From Candidatus Dormiibacterota bacterium (GTDB lineage: Bacteria > Patescibacteriota > Saccharimonadia > UBA4664 > DATLOE01): DNA of 64,000 nt. Shown piece after piece: positions 38,252 to 49,391 of the stretch. The position numbers and the translations under genes are program-made. How positions within the stretch are numbered: position 1 is the stretch's first letter; each line of letters opens with the position of its first letter. A model generated the notes under the pieces. That model saw only the letters and a program-made list of their open reading frames with translations. It searched no databases and had not been told where the DNA came from. The stretch lies in assembly GCA_035536395.1 (NCBI GenBank), contig DATLOE010000003.1, forward strand, positions 35,713 to 99,712, given 5' to 3'.

Positions 38252-41089
38252 ATGAAAAGACGCAGGGTGCTAAGAGGAGGAGCTAAAGGCTTTAAAGGCC
38301 AGCTCAAACTCTTTTCCACCTCATTTACACCCACTGGATTCAAGCGCTACTGGCTCAACCAAGCTGGTGCTCGCCGCGCGGCCAAGATCGCCGGAGTAGG
38401 TTCTTTATTCCTATTTTTAATTTTTCTTTACTTCGCCAAAGACCTTCCTAGTCCGGGTAAGATCAACGCCCGGATAGGCGCTCAGAACACCCGCTTCTAC
38501 GACCGCACCGGCCAGACATTGATTTACGAAGTGCACGGCGATAAAAACCGAACCGTAATCGCGTTCAACGAAATGCCGGACAATATCAAAAAAGCCACCG
38601 TTGCGATCGAAGATAAGGACTTCTTCAAGCATGGGGCCTTTAGTATTTTCGGTATCGGCCGGGCATTTACAGGTGTAGTTTTCCGTGACCCAAGCAAGGG
38701 CGGAGGCTCAACCATTACCCAGCAGTATGTAAAAAACGCCCTGCTATCCCCAGAGCGCACCCTCTCGCGCAAGGTCAAAGAGCTGATTCTAGCGATTGAA
38801 ATCGAGCAGCTCTATAAGAAAGATGACATTCTAAAGCTCTATTTGAATGAAATTCCATACGGATCGCAATCATATGGTATAAAAGCCGCTACCAATACCT
38901 ACTTCTCTAAAGATGTTGAGGATAGGAAAGTACCAAAGGAGCCGCACGAACTAACATTAGATGAGGCGGCACTGCTGGCCGCTATGCCGCAAGCACCCAC
39001 CTACTACTCGCCTTACGGCAACCATCGCGACGCCTTGATAGCCCGACAGCATCTGGTACTCAGCCGTATGGCAGAGCAAGGCTTTATAACGAATGAAGAG
39101 GCCAAGGCCGCGAAAAGCGTAGACACTCTAAGTAAACTTAACCCCAGGCCGAATATTGCATCTAAATCGAAGGCTCCGCATTTCACCCAGTTCCTGCAAG
39201 AACGGCTGGCGAATAAGTATGGCACACGAGTGGTTGAGCAGGGCGGCCTAAAGGTGATTACCAGCCTAGATTTAGAGAAACAGGCAGCGGCCATTGATGC
39301 GGTTCAGAAAAATATGGGTAATGTCCGTCGACTGGGCGGAAGTAACTCCGCGCTGGTTGCTACCGATCCTAAGAGCGGCGAGATTTTAGCCATGGTTGGC
39401 TCATATGATTACAACGATGAAAAATTTGGCGCCTTTAACGTAGCGGCCGCCCACCGCCAACCCGGCTCGAGCTTTAAACCGCTGGTGTACGCCACAATGT
39501 TCAAAAAAAACTGGGGCCCGGGCAGCACTATGTATGATGTAACAACAGATTTCGGCGGCGGCTACAAACCAGAAAACTATACCGATCGTACTTACGGTGT
39601 TCAATCTGTGCGCGCCTCACTAGCCGGTTCGCTAAACATACCGGCTGTTAAAGCACTATACCTTGCGGGCATCAAAGACAGTCTAACCCAGGCGCGCAAA
39701 ATGGGTATTTCTACCCTGAATAGCGACTCCTCCAAGTATGGCTTAAGCTTGGTTTTGGGTTCAGGCGAGGTCAAGCTGGTAGATATGGCTAACGCCTATG
39801 AGACGTTTGCGAACGGCGGTAAACATTACCCTTCTACCGGTGTGGTTAAGATTACCGATGCCCGAGGACGGACATTGCAAGAATCCAAAAAAGCCCAGCC
39901 TAAAAAAGCACTGGACCCGCAGATTGCTTATTTGATTTCCCACATATTAAGCGATAAAGCCGCCGGGCAGTATATATTTGGCGGAGCATTGCAAACTCCT
40001 GGCTTAAACACCGCTATTAAAACCGGTACGACCGAAAACTATCGAGACGCCTGGACCATGGGCTACACGCCAAGCATAGTAGTGGGCGTCTGGGCCGGTA
40101 ATAACGATAATAAGTCGATGACCAAAGCAGCCAGTGCCGTTTCGGCGCCGGCGTTCAAGAGCTTTATTACAGATAAGCGTGTACAGATTAAGAACGAGCA
40201 GTTCGAAAAGCCAGCCGGTATAAAACAGGTCACACTTGATGCCAATACAGGCGCCCTGCCAACATCGGGAGGCAGCCCAAAGACCCGCACCGATATATTC
40301 CCCTCTTGGTATAAACCAGAAACAGCTGGGGCGGTTAAGACCGGTAAAATAGATAAGGTATCTGGCAAGCTAGCCACTGACTGTACTCCGCCGTCCGCTG
40401 TGCAGGAAGTAACCTCTGGCCAAATGGATGCTGAAATTCCCGCAAGTGACCCAGCTTATAGCCGCTGGAATGGGCCGGTGCAGGCATTGGCAAAAAGCAT
40501 GGGCTTCAGTGCCGGGGGCGGACTGCCGACTGAATCAGACGACGTCCATAAATGCAGCGATACGAAGCCATCGGTAAATTTAACGGTGAGCGGCAACGGG
40601 CCGCTGAACATAAGAGCCGACGTCAGCCAGGGCACTCACGCCGTGAATAATCTTACGATTTACTTCGATGATCAGGTGATATCAACTACCGGCGGAGGCT
40701 CATACGAATTCACTTATAACCCCCCTGCTACCGGCAGCCATACGATTAAAGCCAAAGTGAGCGACACGGCTCTATACGAGGGTACAGATGAGGAGGCGGT
40801 TAATGTTACCAGCACCAGCGGTTTTGAAGGCACAGCCCCGGGTAACGGAGTCGTATTTGGGCCAGGATCTAGTATTAACTTTAGGTGGACTACCGCGGGA
40901 GGTGCAAATAAGTACATTATATCGGTAAGCGGACCAGGCGGTAATCAGAGTAATAATGCCGGTAACTCGACCTCATATACCTTTCCCACGCCCTTCATTC
41001 CGCCCGGTAATTACACATGGTATGTACAGGCCTACCATGGTGGCACCCTGCTTACTCAAACTGTCTTAAGAAGTTTTCAGATCCAATAA
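38252..41089 (+). CDS. class A penicillin-binding protein with C-terminal beta-rich (Ig-like) extension
   Basis: EDKDF, GGSTITQQYVKN, RKVKE transglycosylase motifs; SSFK, SLN, KTG transpeptidase motifs. Confidence 0.96.
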   Translation: MKRRRVLRGGAKGFKGQLKLFSTSFTPTGFKRYWLNQAGARRAAKIAGVGSLFLFLIFLYFAKDLPSPGKINARIGAQNTRFYDRTGQTLIYEVHGDKNRTVIAFNEMPDNIKKATVAIEDKDFFKHGAFSIFGIGRAFTGVVFRDPSKGGGSTITQQYVKNALLSPERTLSRKVKELILAIEIEQLYKKDDILKLYLNEIPYGSQSYGIKAATNTYFSKDVEDRKVPKEPHELTLDEAALLAAMPQAPTYYSPYGNHRDALIARQHLVLSRMAEQGFITNEEAKAAKSVDTLSKLNPRPNIASKSKAPHFTQFLQERLANKYGTRVVEQGGLKVITSLDLEKQAAAIDAVQKNMGNVRRLGGSNSALVATDPKSGEILAMVGSYDYNDEKFGAFNVAAAHRQPGSSFKPLVYATMFKKNWGPGSTMYDVTTDFGGGYKPENYTDRTYGVQSVRASLAGSLNIPAVKALYLAGIKDSLTQARKMGISTLNSDSSKYGLSLVLGSGEVKLVDMANAYETFANGGKHYPSTGVVKITDARGRTLQESKKAQPKKALDPQIAYLISHILSDKAAGQYIFGGALQTPGLNTAIKTGTTENYRDAWTMGYTPSIVVGVWAGNNDNKSMTKAASAVSAPAFKSFITDKRVQIKNEQFEKPAGIKQVTLDANTGALPTSGGSPKTRTDIFPSWYKPETAGAVKTGKIDKVSGKLATDCTPPSAVQEVTSGQMDAEIPASDPAYSRWNGPVQALAKSMGFSAGGGLPTESDDVHKCSDTKPSVNLTVSGNGPLNIRADVSQGTHAVNNLTIYFDDQVISTTGGGSYEFTYNPPATGSHTIKAKVSDTALYEGTDEEAVNVTSTSGFEGTAPGNGVVFGPGSSINFRWTTAGGANKYIISVSGPGGNQSNNAGNSTSYTFPTPFIPPGNYTWYVQAYHGGTLLTQTVLRSFQIQ

Positions 41090-41100
41090 TTTCATGGTGG

Positions 41101-41931
41101 TTAGGCGGTTAACTCTACTAAGTCGTCTTCTATATTTCGATTTGTGCGATGGCGGTTTTTAGCGCCACTGGCTTGTGGGCGCTGGCCACGCTGCCGACTG
41201 TGCCGTTTAGGGGGCTGGCCGCTATCAGATTTAACCGGTACCGCAAACAGCATTTTGCCGGCTACGGTTTGGAATACGCGGGTAATCTCTACTAGCAACT
41301 CCTGGCCAATCAGCCTATCGCCGCGGTCGATTACAATCATAGTTCCGTCAGACAGATAGCCTACCCCCTGCCCCTTCTCTTTGCCGGCCTGCACTACTTT
41401 TACCATCATCTGCTCGCCAGGAAGTACGACTGGACGGATAGCGTTTGAAAGCTCATTAATATTAAGCACCCTGACGCCTTCGATCTGGGCTACCCGATTC
41501 AAGTTGTAATCGGTAGTTAATATTTGTGTACCTAGCTTTCTGGCTAGATGCACCAGCTTGGCATCTACCTCTTCTACATCCTCAGGGTCATCTTCTATAA
41601 TTTCTAAATGCACACCCTCGGCCGTCTTAATGGTATTAAGCATTTCCAGCCCTCTGCGCCCGCGACTGCGGCGCAGGCTATCGCTAGAATCGGCAATATT
41701 CTGTAATTCCGCCAGAATAAATCTCGGCACCAGCAGCTTACCGGGCACAAAACCGGCTCGCGCTATATCTGCAATCCGGCCATCTATAATCACCGATGTA
41801 TCTACTAGAATCTCTGATGCAGCCAATAGATTAGGGTTTACTGCCGCGTTTCTAGCTGCTATTGCCTTAGCTGCAATGGCCGCGCTTAGCATTGCGGCAA
41901 AAGCAAGCAGGCCAATTAAAAATAATTCCAT
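41101..41931 (-). CDS. PIN/TRAM domain protein (YacL-like)
   Basis: [36 protein letters not shown]; follows radA. Confidence 0.93.
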   Translation of the reverse strand: MELFLIGLLAFAAMLSAAIAAKAIAARNAAVNPNLLAASEILVDTSVIIDGRIADIARAGFVPGKLLVPRFILAELQNIADSSDSLRRSRGRRGLEMLNTIKTAEGVHLEIIEDDPEDVEEVDAKLVHLARKLGTQILTTDYNLNRVAQIEGVRVLNINELSNAIRPVVLPGEQMMVKVVQAGKEKGQGVGYLSDGTMIVIDRGDRLIGQELLVEITRVFQTVAGKMLFAVPVKSDSGQPPKRHSRQRGQRPQASGAKNRHRTNRNIEDDLVELTA

Positions 41932-41949
41932 ATTAATTTCCTATTTAGT

Positions 41950-43275
41950 TTAATGTAGGGCAGTTTCTACGGCTTGGGCGATATTCGCTACTTGGCCGGT
42001 GCGGCCTTTTACCTTAGATAGCGGCATTAGAGCCGACTTAAAGCCCAGTTTCCTAGATTCAGCTATGCGGGATTCCACATTACTGACAGACCGTATCTCT
42101 CCGCTTAAACCGACTTCGCCAAATGCTATGAGATTATGGGCAACCGGCTGATTCTTATACGCAGACGCGATTGCTAAAATAATTGCCAGATCGGCGGCCG
42201 GTTCGGTGATCTTCAGTCCGCCAACGATGTTAACATAAATGTCCTGATCACTCAAATTCAGCCCAGTACGCTTCTGCAAGACCGCTACCAAGACATTTAG
42301 GCGGTTAATATCAAAGCCAGCTGCAGTTCGCTTGGGGTAGCCGAAGGGACTTTTGGATACCAGTGCCTGGACCTCGACCAGTAGGGGGCGGGTTCCTTCC
42401 AGCGTGGCCAGCACCACCGAGCCAGGCGCTGTTTGGCGTTCTGCCAGTAACGCTTCCGAAGGGTTTGGTACCGGTACAAGCCCAGAATCACGCATTTCAA
42501 AAATGCCAACCTCGCTAACGGCTCCAAAGCGATTCTTTACCCCCCTTAAGGCTTTAAAGGTACCGTAGCGGCTGCCTTCCAGGTAAATAACCACATCTAC
42601 TAGATGCTCTAGAATCTTCGGCCCGGCAATCAACCCCTCTTTGGTTACATGGCCTATTATCAGTACAGCCGTATGGGTGCGCTTGGCTACCTGTTGCAGT
42701 ATCTGGGCGCTGGCGGTAATCTGCCCGGCCGTACCAGGGCTGCCCGTCAGGCTTTCTACCCCCAAAGTCTGTATGGAATCTATTATAACCAAATCGTACT
42801 GCCCGGCTGCAATCGTAGCGACTATCTGCTCAGCTCCGGTTTCTGTGAGCAAATCCAGGTTAATATCTGCCAGCTTAAGGCGCTCCGAGCGCAGCTTTAT
42901 CTGGCTGGCCGACTCCTCGCCGCTCACGTATAGTACGGTACTGCCAGCGGCCACCCTGGCTGCTACCTGTAGCACCAGGGTCGATTTGCCCACGCCTGGA
43001 TCGCCCGAAAGCAACATGACCGAGCCGGGTACGATGCCGCCGCCCAAGACTTGATTTACTTCCGGTATGCCGGTATCGATCCGCGGCATCTTAGCAGATG
43101 ATATAGAGGCCAGTCTTTCGGGCTTTAGGGCCGTCGCTCCCGCAAACCGGCTGGAGCTGGCCGGCACCTGTTCAAGCAGGCTGTTCCAGCGGCCGCACTC
43201 TACGCACTTGCCGCTCCATTTGGAATAACGAGCACCGCATTCCTCGCATACAAATTGAGTTAAGGTCTTAGCCAT
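41950..43275 (-). CDS. radA: DNA repair protein RadA/Sms
   Basis: C4 zinc finger, GDPGVGKST, KNRFG. Confidence 0.98.
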   Translation of the reverse strand: MAKTLTQFVCEECGARYSKWSGKCVECGRWNSLLEQVPASSSRFAGATALKPERLASISSAKMPRIDTGIPEVNQVLGGGIVPGSVMLLSGDPGVGKSTLVLQVAARVAAGSTVLYVSGEESASQIKLRSERLKLADINLDLLTETGAEQIVATIAAGQYDLVIIDSIQTLGVESLTGSPGTAGQITASAQILQQVAKRTHTAVLIIGHVTKEGLIAGPKILEHLVDVVIYLEGSRYGTFKALRGVKNRFGAVSEVGIFEMRDSGLVPVPNPSEALLAERQTAPGSVVLATLEGTRPLLVEVQALVSKSPFGYPKRTAAGFDINRLNVLVAVLQKRTGLNLSDQDIYVNIVGGLKITEPAADLAIILAIASAYKNQPVAHNLIAFGEVGLSGEIRSVSNVESRIAESRKLGFKSALMPLSKVKGRTGQVANIAQAVETALH

Positions 43276-43324
43276 AACCGAATTGTATCATAAAAACCGA
43301 ACAAAAAGCAAACAGTTTATTTAT

Positions 43325-45805
43325 TTAAGATTTAATCTTGGCCAAAGCCTTTAGAATGAGCTGGCCGTCCTTAGCGGCCACGGCAATCGTATCGCCCTCT
43401 TTAAACTCGCCGCTCAATAAGCCGACAGCCAGCGGATCCTCAATGTAATCCTGAATCGCCCGGCGCATCGGGCGGGCGCCTTGCTCGATGTTGTAACCTT
43501 TCTCTATCAAGAAATCTTTTGCCGATGGCTGGACCTTAATAATAAGATTCTGTTCACCCAAGCGCTTGCCTAAATCATCTAACTGCAGCGCCAGGATTTT
43601 CTTAATATCCAGCTTAGAGAGCGGTTTGAATACTATAGTGTCATCGATACGGTTAAGGAACTCGGGGCGGAAGGTCTTCTTTAATGATTCCAGCACCTGC
43701 TCCTTAACCTCCTCGTGGCGCTCCTGCAGCAGTTTTTCTTCAGCGGGAGTGTCGGTCTTAAAGCCCAGACGCGCCGCCTGCCGCAAATTCTCAGCCCCCA
43801 CATTGGAGGTCATAATAATCACCGTATTGCGGAAATCGATCCTGCGCCCCTTGGCATCTGATACATAGCCGTCCTCCAGAATCTGCAGCAGCATATTAAA
43901 CACATCTGGGTGGGCTTTTTCTATCTCATCAAACAGTACTAGACTGTAAGGCTTGCGGCGTACCACTTCTGTTAGCTGGCCACCATCATCATAGCCGACA
44001 TATCCGGCCGGAGCGCCGACCAAACGGGCGACATTATGCTTTTCCATAAACTCACTCATATCGATCTTTACCAGTGCGTCGCGACTGTTAAATATCTCAT
44101 CGCTCAGCACTCTAGCCAGCTCGGTCTTACCGACACCGGTTGGACCCAGGAATATAAATGATCCAATCGGGCGGCGCGCGTCGCTAATACCGGTACGGCT
44201 GCGGCGGATCGATTTAGCTATGGCTGCCACGGCCTCACTCTGCCCCACTACGCGCTTAGCCAGAGACTGGTCGAGCTTTACTAGGTTTTGGATCTCGGTA
44301 TTTATCAGCCGTGTCACCGGTACGCCCGTCATCACGCTAATTACCTGGGCTATCTCATGAGCCGTAATCCTAAGCGACTCGCGGCCCACGCCTTCTTTAG
44401 CCTGCATTGCCTGTATCTTCTGCTCTAGTTGGCTGGCTTTAGTCTTAAGTTTTGCGGCCATCTCAAAATCTTCCTCATTCACCGATTCTTCAATTTCATT
44501 CTGAATAGAGGCCATTTGCTTCTGCAGGCCTCGCAAGGGCTTACTGGAAGCACCGCGCTTAATTCGCACCAGAGAAGCCGCCTCATCTATCAAATCAATG
44601 GCTTTATCTGGCAGAAAACGGTCGGCAACATAACGCTGGGCTAGCTTGGCGGCATGTGCAATAGCATCATCGGTAATTTCTACCCGATGGTGCTCCTCAT
44701 ACTTAGCTCTCAGTCCCTGCAGAACTTCAATAGTTTCCTCTACTGAAGCCTCTGGTACCTGCACCGACTGGAATCGGCGCTCCAAAGCTGAATCCTTCTC
44801 TATGTGTTTACGGTATTCCTCAATCGTGGTAGCACCAACTACCTGGATGTCTCCGCGACTTAAGGCCGGCTTCAAAATGTTAGCGGCATCAATCGCGCCC
44901 TCGGCCGCTCCGGCGCCAACTACCGTATGCAGCTCATCTATGAATAATATGACGTCGCGGTTAGCCTTGGTTTCATCCAGTAGCTTTTTGAGCCGCTCTT
45001 CGAATTCGCCTCGGTATTTGGTACCGGCAATCACACTGGCCAGATCGAGCATAATAATCCGTTTGCCCTGCAGCATCTCTGGTACTTCTTCGGTAACTAC
45101 CTTCTGGGCCAAGCCCTCGACAATGGCGGTCTTGCCGACTCCTGGCTCGCCGATCAGCACCGGATTATTCTTACTGCGGCGGTTGAGAATAGTAATTACC
45201 CGGCCAATCTCTGTCTCACGCCCAATTACAGGATCTAGCTTGCCCTCCACTGCTGCCGCTGTTAAATCCACCCCAAAGCTGTCTAGTGCCGGCGTCTTGG
45301 TTTTGGGCTTTTTGGTGGTGGCCGAAGAAGTTTTGGTGGCTTCTTCGCCCGAGAAGAACTGCTGGTTACTCAAGTAGCCTTCCAGCTCGACGCGAACAAT
45401 AGACGGATCGACCTTGATGTCTTTTAAGAGAGCGTTGGCCCGGGCATTTTTCTGGCTAAGGATCGCGAACAGGATATGTTCAGTGCCCGAATAGGGCTGG
45501 CCGAAATCACGGGCTACCCGCCAAGAGTAAGTTAAGGTAGCCTTGGCCGTTTCTGAAAGTCCCTTGTGACTGGTTTTAGGAAGCAGAGACGGGGAGTAGC
45601 TCATTATTTCTTGGGCTTTATCCATAGTCACTCCGGAATTGCGCAAAATCTTGGCACCAATCGAACTCTCTTGCTGCAGTACGCCCAGCAAGATGTGTTC
45701 TGTACCAATGTAGCTAGAGGCCATAGCCCTAGCTATGATATCGGCATTTTCCAGACTTTTTTTTGCGTTCTCGGTGAACCTGTCGAACTGTGCTCCAAGA
45801 TCCAT
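43325..45805 (-). CDS. clpC: ATP-dependent Clp protease ATPase subunit ClpC
   Basis: Clp-N repeats, GEPGVGKT and GPTGVGKT Walker A, UVR-type linker, GARP. Confidence 0.95.
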   Translation of the reverse strand: MDLGAQFDRFTENAKKSLENADIIARAMASSYIGTEHILLGVLQQESSIGAKILRNSGVTMDKAQEIMSYSPSLLPKTSHKGLSETAKATLTYSWRVARDFGQPYSGTEHILFAILSQKNARANALLKDIKVDPSIVRVELEGYLSNQQFFSGEEATKTSSATTKKPKTKTPALDSFGVDLTAAAVEGKLDPVIGRETEIGRVITILNRRSKNNPVLIGEPGVGKTAIVEGLAQKVVTEEVPEMLQGKRIIMLDLASVIAGTKYRGEFEERLKKLLDETKANRDVILFIDELHTVVGAGAAEGAIDAANILKPALSRGDIQVVGATTIEEYRKHIEKDSALERRFQSVQVPEASVEETIEVLQGLRAKYEEHHRVEITDDAIAHAAKLAQRYVADRFLPDKAIDLIDEAASLVRIKRGASSKPLRGLQKQMASIQNEIEESVNEEDFEMAAKLKTKASQLEQKIQAMQAKEGVGRESLRITAHEIAQVISVMTGVPVTRLINTEIQNLVKLDQSLAKRVVGQSEAVAAIAKSIRRSRTGISDARRPIGSFIFLGPTGVGKTELARVLSDEIFNSRDALVKIDMSEFMEKHNVARLVGAPAGYVGYDDGGQLTEVVRRKPYSLVLFDEIEKAHPDVFNMLLQILEDGYVSDAKGRRIDFRNTVIIMTSNVGAENLRQAARLGFKTDTPAEEKLLQERHEEVKEQVLESLKKTFRPEFLNRIDDTIVFKPLSKLDIKKILALQLDDLGKRLGEQNLIIKVQPSAKDFLIEKGYNIEQGARPMRRAIQDYIEDPLAVGLLSGEFKEGDTIAVAAKDGQLILKALAKIKS

Positions 45806-45893
45806 TTTGCCGTTCCCTACTTATACACTTCCATTTTAGCATCTAACTGCCAGGGTGAATCAGTATTTTAAACAAAACTTCGAGGCAAACTGC

Positions 45894-47204
45894 CTATTCT
45901 TTGGGTGCATCTGCCTCTGATGCTGCAGGCTCTTGGCCTAGCGCTTCGGCTGTCTCTTCTTCTAATTCAGGTGTCTCTGCCTGCTCAGGTGCCTCTTCTG
46001 CTGTTGGCGCCTCAGTCGAAGTTTCATCCGCGATCTGCTGCTCTACAGCCTCAATCAAAGAGCCTTCCAGATCCTTACGGCGGGCAGACTTCTTTTCGGT
46101 GGCGGCTTCGGCCACAGCCTCTACCTTAGATTCATCAGCACTCACAATATCAATATTCCAATTCGTTAATTTAGCGGCCAAGCGCACGTTTTGGCCTTGT
46201 TTACCAATAGCCAGAGAAAGCTGGTCTTCAGGCACTTTTACAGTCGCCTTGTTCTCCTTCTCATCCAGTTCCACACTAATAACCTTGGTCGGAGAAAGCG
46301 CGTTTATAATGTAGGTTTTGGGGTCTTCGTCGTAGAGAATAATATCTATCTTCTCCTCGCCCAGCTCACCCATCACTGCCTGCACCCGGGCGCCCCTGCC
46401 CCCCACAAACGTACCGACCGCGTCCACACCATCGGTATTAGAGAGTACGGCCACCTTACTTCTGGTGCCGGCCTCGCGGGCTACGCCTTTAATTTCAACT
46501 GCGCCGGATTCCAGCTCGGGCACTTCCATCTCAAAAAGCGCCTTCACAATATTAGGATGCGCCCGAGAGAGAACAATCTGCGGGCCGCGGCTGGTCTGCT
46601 CTACCCGCACTACGTAAACTTTAACCCGCTGCCCGTTGTAGTAACGCTCACCCGGAATCTGCTCGGAAGCAAACAGCACACCGAGCGATTTACCGAGATC
46701 CACGTATACAATGTTGCCATCTACTCGCTGCACGACACCGTTTAAGACGGTCTCTTCTTTATCTTTATACTCGTTAAAGACGATCTCGCGCTCGGCTTCT
46801 CGTAGACGCTGAATAATTACCTGTTTAGCGGTCTGAGCTGCCACCCGGCCGAAATCCTTCGGGTGCTCCTCATACTCTACGGTATTCGGCTCTTCTTCGC
46901 CGTCGGCCGAGGTCTTAACGCCAACCTTGGCATCCTTATCGTGCTTTTTAGCCTCTTCCAGGCTGATTTGCAGGTGAGGGTTTTCCACCTCTTCAGCGGT
47001 TTTTACAATCTCTTTGGTTACGTAAACCTGTACCGAGCCGTCTTTTTCGTTTAATCTAGTGCGCACCACTTGGTCTTTATCGCCGTAATCCTTCTTATAG
47101 GCGGCGGCCAAGGCGGCCTCTACTGTTTCTACTACCAGCTCACGCGGCAGGTTCTTTTCTTCTGTTAAGAGATCGATAGCTTTTAGAAAGTTAACTTGTT
47201 CCAT
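45894..47204 (-). CDS. nusA: transcription factor NusA with acidic tail
   Basis: FGRVAAQTAKQ, AREAG, LAIGKQGQNVRLA; ATG 47204 after AAGGA. Confidence 0.97.
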   Translation of the reverse strand: MEQVNFLKAIDLLTEEKNLPRELVVETVEAALAAAYKKDYGDKDQVVRTRLNEKDGSVQVYVTKEIVKTAEEVENPHLQISLEEAKKHDKDAKVGVKTSADGEEEPNTVEYEEHPKDFGRVAAQTAKQVIIQRLREAEREIVFNEYKDKEETVLNGVVQRVDGNIVYVDLGKSLGVLFASEQIPGERYYNGQRVKVYVVRVEQTSRGPQIVLSRAHPNIVKALFEMEVPELESGAVEIKGVAREAGTRSKVAVLSNTDGVDAVGTFVGGRGARVQAVMGELGEEKIDIILYDEDPKTYIINALSPTKVISVELDEKENKATVKVPEDQLSLAIGKQGQNVRLAAKLTNWNIDIVSADESKVEAVAEAATEKKSARRKDLEGSLIEAVEQQIADETSTEAPTAEEAPEQAETPELEEETAEALGQEPAASEADAPKE

Positions 47205-47296
47205 ATTTTCCTTATTTTTTGATGAAAAAAGCCGGTTGGGAACCGACTGAAAGTGCAATTATTGTAAATAAAAACAGCTATTTAGTCAAGGAAAGG

Positions 47297-47326
47297 AAAA
47301 CCCCGCTCCGGTTAAGGAGCGGGGTT
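47297..47326 (-). terminator. intrinsic terminator
   Basis: AACCCCGCTCC/GGAGCGGGGTT stem plus T-tract. Confidence 0.85.
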
Positions 47327-47334
47327 ATACCGCC

Positions 47335-47661
47335 TTATGCGTTGCTTGCGCCCCTCTGGGGCTTAATCGCGCGCAAATTGCGGCTGGTATCACGGGCCGG
47401 CATCTCTGCCGTTTCTGTGTGGGGCACTTCCCCACCCTCTGCCCGCTTGATGTCCTGCTTGAGCAGGTACTGCTTGCACACAGCGATCATCAAGATGAGC
47501 GACCCGATGGTCATGCCGATCCACCCTATAGGGTCTTGCAGGTTGCGATCGAGCCCCACGGGAGCCTGAGCCGCAACCACAGCCGACACGATCAAGACGA
47601 TCATGCCGATCAGAAAGAACAAGCGGGTGAGACCCAGCTGGCGCCGAAGACTCATGCACAA
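47335..47661 (-). CDS. small membrane protein, GC-rich
   Basis: Two TM segments; SD AGGAGG; promoter TTGACA-17 nt-TATACT (47713-47741). Confidence 0.7.
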   Translation of the reverse strand: MCMSLRRQLGLTRLFFLIGMIVLIVSAVVAAQAPVGLDRNLQDPIGWIGMTIGSLILMIAVCKQYLLKQDIKRAEGGEVPHTETAEMPARDTSRNLRAIKPQRGASNA

Positions 47662-47745
47662 CCTCCTGGTACGGGTTTAGAGGGAGCGTTAAGCTGTTAA
47701 CTCAACGCGAAAAGTATACCAGTAAAGCTTATGTTTGTCAATAGC

Positions 47746-48090
47746 CTAGAGAGCATTTGGCAGGTACTCTACAGATAGGGAGCCCCCATCTGGAGCCACA
47801 GATGCAATATCTACCTGATAATCACCTGTAAAGCCGTTTTTAGCCACCCAAGCGGTGGCTGCCCTTCTGAGGCGCCGGGTTTTATCAGGTGTAATGTATT
47901 CGAATCCGGTGCCGTAAGCAGCCGATTTGCGGTATTTAACTTCTACAAAACTTACCACTTTGCCCCTTCTAGCCACTATGTCTATTTCGCAAAAAGGCGT
48001 CCGCCAGTTGCGGTCCAGCACCTTATAGCCTTTTTGTTCAAGCCAATCAGCTACACAATCTTCAGCTTTTTTGCCAATCTCAACCGACAA
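47746..48090 (-). CDS. yraN: YraN family (UPF0102) protein
   Basis: GKKAE, RNWR..EIDIVA..FVEVKYR; follows rnhB. Confidence 0.93.
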   Translation of the reverse strand: MSVEIGKKAEDCVADWLEQKGYKVLDRNWRTPFCEIDIVARRGKVVSFVEVKYRKSAAYGTGFEYITPDKTRRLRRAATAWVAKNGFTGDYQVDIASVAPDGGSLSVEYLPNAL

Positions 48091-48703
48091 GGCTAAGTTC
48101 CCTCACCGGCTGGTAAGAGTACCGGTGCAGCGGGCTGGGGCCGTACTGCGCAAGAGCCGCCCGGTGGAATTTAGTACCGTAGCCTTTGTGGCCTGCAAAA
48201 CCGTATAGGTGGTACGTGCGATGCAGTAGCTCCATATATGAATCACGTGCGACTTTCGCGATAATCGATGCGGCCGCTACACACAGGCAGCTGCCATCAG
48301 CGCCAACTATAGCCCTGGAGCTGTATGCACCAGAGAGGTAATTGTGGTTGCCATCCAGAAGTACGGCATCAATACCGTTGCCTAAGCTTGCAAGCGCGCG
48401 CTTGCCAGAAGTGGTAACTGCCCATGTTAAACCCGATTTATCGAGCTCACCATTTGCCACCCACCCGACACCTATAGCAAGAGCCGTACGCTTAATGGCC
48501 TCTGCGGCCTTATGCCTCTCCTCATGTGTTAGCAGTTTAGAGTCGGCCACCATAGGCAGATCGCAATCCTCCGGTAGAATTACGGCCGCAGCCGTAACCG
48601 GCCCGGCTAGTGCACCTCTGCCTACCTCATCTATCCCCACCACATACCGATGACCTGCCTGCCAAAGCTCCGTTTCTGCCTGCCTGGTTGGCGTAATTTT
48701 CAT
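48080..48703 (-). CDS. rnhB: ribonuclease HII
   Basis: GIDEVGRGALAGP, DSKLL, AAASIIAKVARD, KGYGT. Confidence 0.97.
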   Translation of the reverse strand: MKITPTRQAETELWQAGHRYVVGIDEVGRGALAGPVTAAAVILPEDCDLPMVADSKLLTHEERHKAAEAIKRTALAIGVGWVANGELDKSGLTWAVTTSGKRALASLGNGIDAVLLDGNHNYLSGAYSSRAIVGADGSCLCVAAASIIAKVARDSYMELLHRTYHLYGFAGHKGYGTKFHRAALAQYGPSPLHRYSYQPVRELSLVG

Positions 48704-48739
48704 ACACCAAGAATAACAAATTTAGAAAAGTTTAAATAA

Positions 48740-49357
48740 TTACTGTTTGTTGGGCTCAGCTTCGCTGACGCCTTCTGCGGTTTCTTCGTCGCTCAGTGTC
48801 TCTTCGTCGGGGTTAGCGGGATCAGCTTTTGGCTCCTCAGCAGCAGCCTCCTTGCCTTCGTCCTTGGCTACTTCTTCGGTTGATTCCTCGGGCTTTATGT
48901 CCTCAGCCGCGCCGGTATCAAGCTCGGTAACTTCGGCATCTTTACTCTCAGCTAGCGGATCTTCTTTAACATCCTTAACTACCGGCGATTGGTTAACGGC
49001 CGCTTTATCAAACGCCACCTCTTGCAAACGGGCCGACTTACCGCGGCGCTCGCGCAGGTAGCTCAGGAAATTACGGCGCACCTTGGCCCGGCGCACGATC
49101 TCAATTTTCGTAACATTAGGAGAGTGCAGCAAGAACGTCTTTTCTACCCCTATGCCGCTGGCTATCCGGCGCACGGTAACGCAGGCCGAAAGTTCGCCCA
49201 GGCGGTGGGTGCGTATTACAACGCCTTCGAATATCTGCACACGCTGCTTGGCGCCCTCACGAATCATCTGGTGTACGCGCACGGTATCGCCCGACCTTAC
49301 GGGAGAGATGGCCGGTTTGCGCTGAGCGGTTTCTAATTCTTTAATTAAGGGATGCAT
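48740..49357 (-). CDS. rplS: 50S ribosomal protein L19 with long acidic C-terminal extension
   Basis: GDTVRV..IREG..RVQIFEG, GIGVEKTF, KVRR..LSYLR. Confidence 0.96.
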   Translation of the reverse strand: MHPLIKELETAQRKPAISPVRSGDTVRVHQMIREGAKQRVQIFEGVVIRTHRLGELSACVTVRRIASGIGVEKTFLLHSPNVTKIEIVRRAKVRRNFLSYLRERRGKSARLQEVAFDKAAVNQSPVVKDVKEDPLAESKDAEVTELDTGAAEDIKPEESTEEVAKDEGKEAAAEEPKADPANPDEETLSDEETAEGVSEAEPNKQ

Positions 49358-49391
49358 AACTTGGGTACTTTAGCATAGCTCTATCTGTTAA

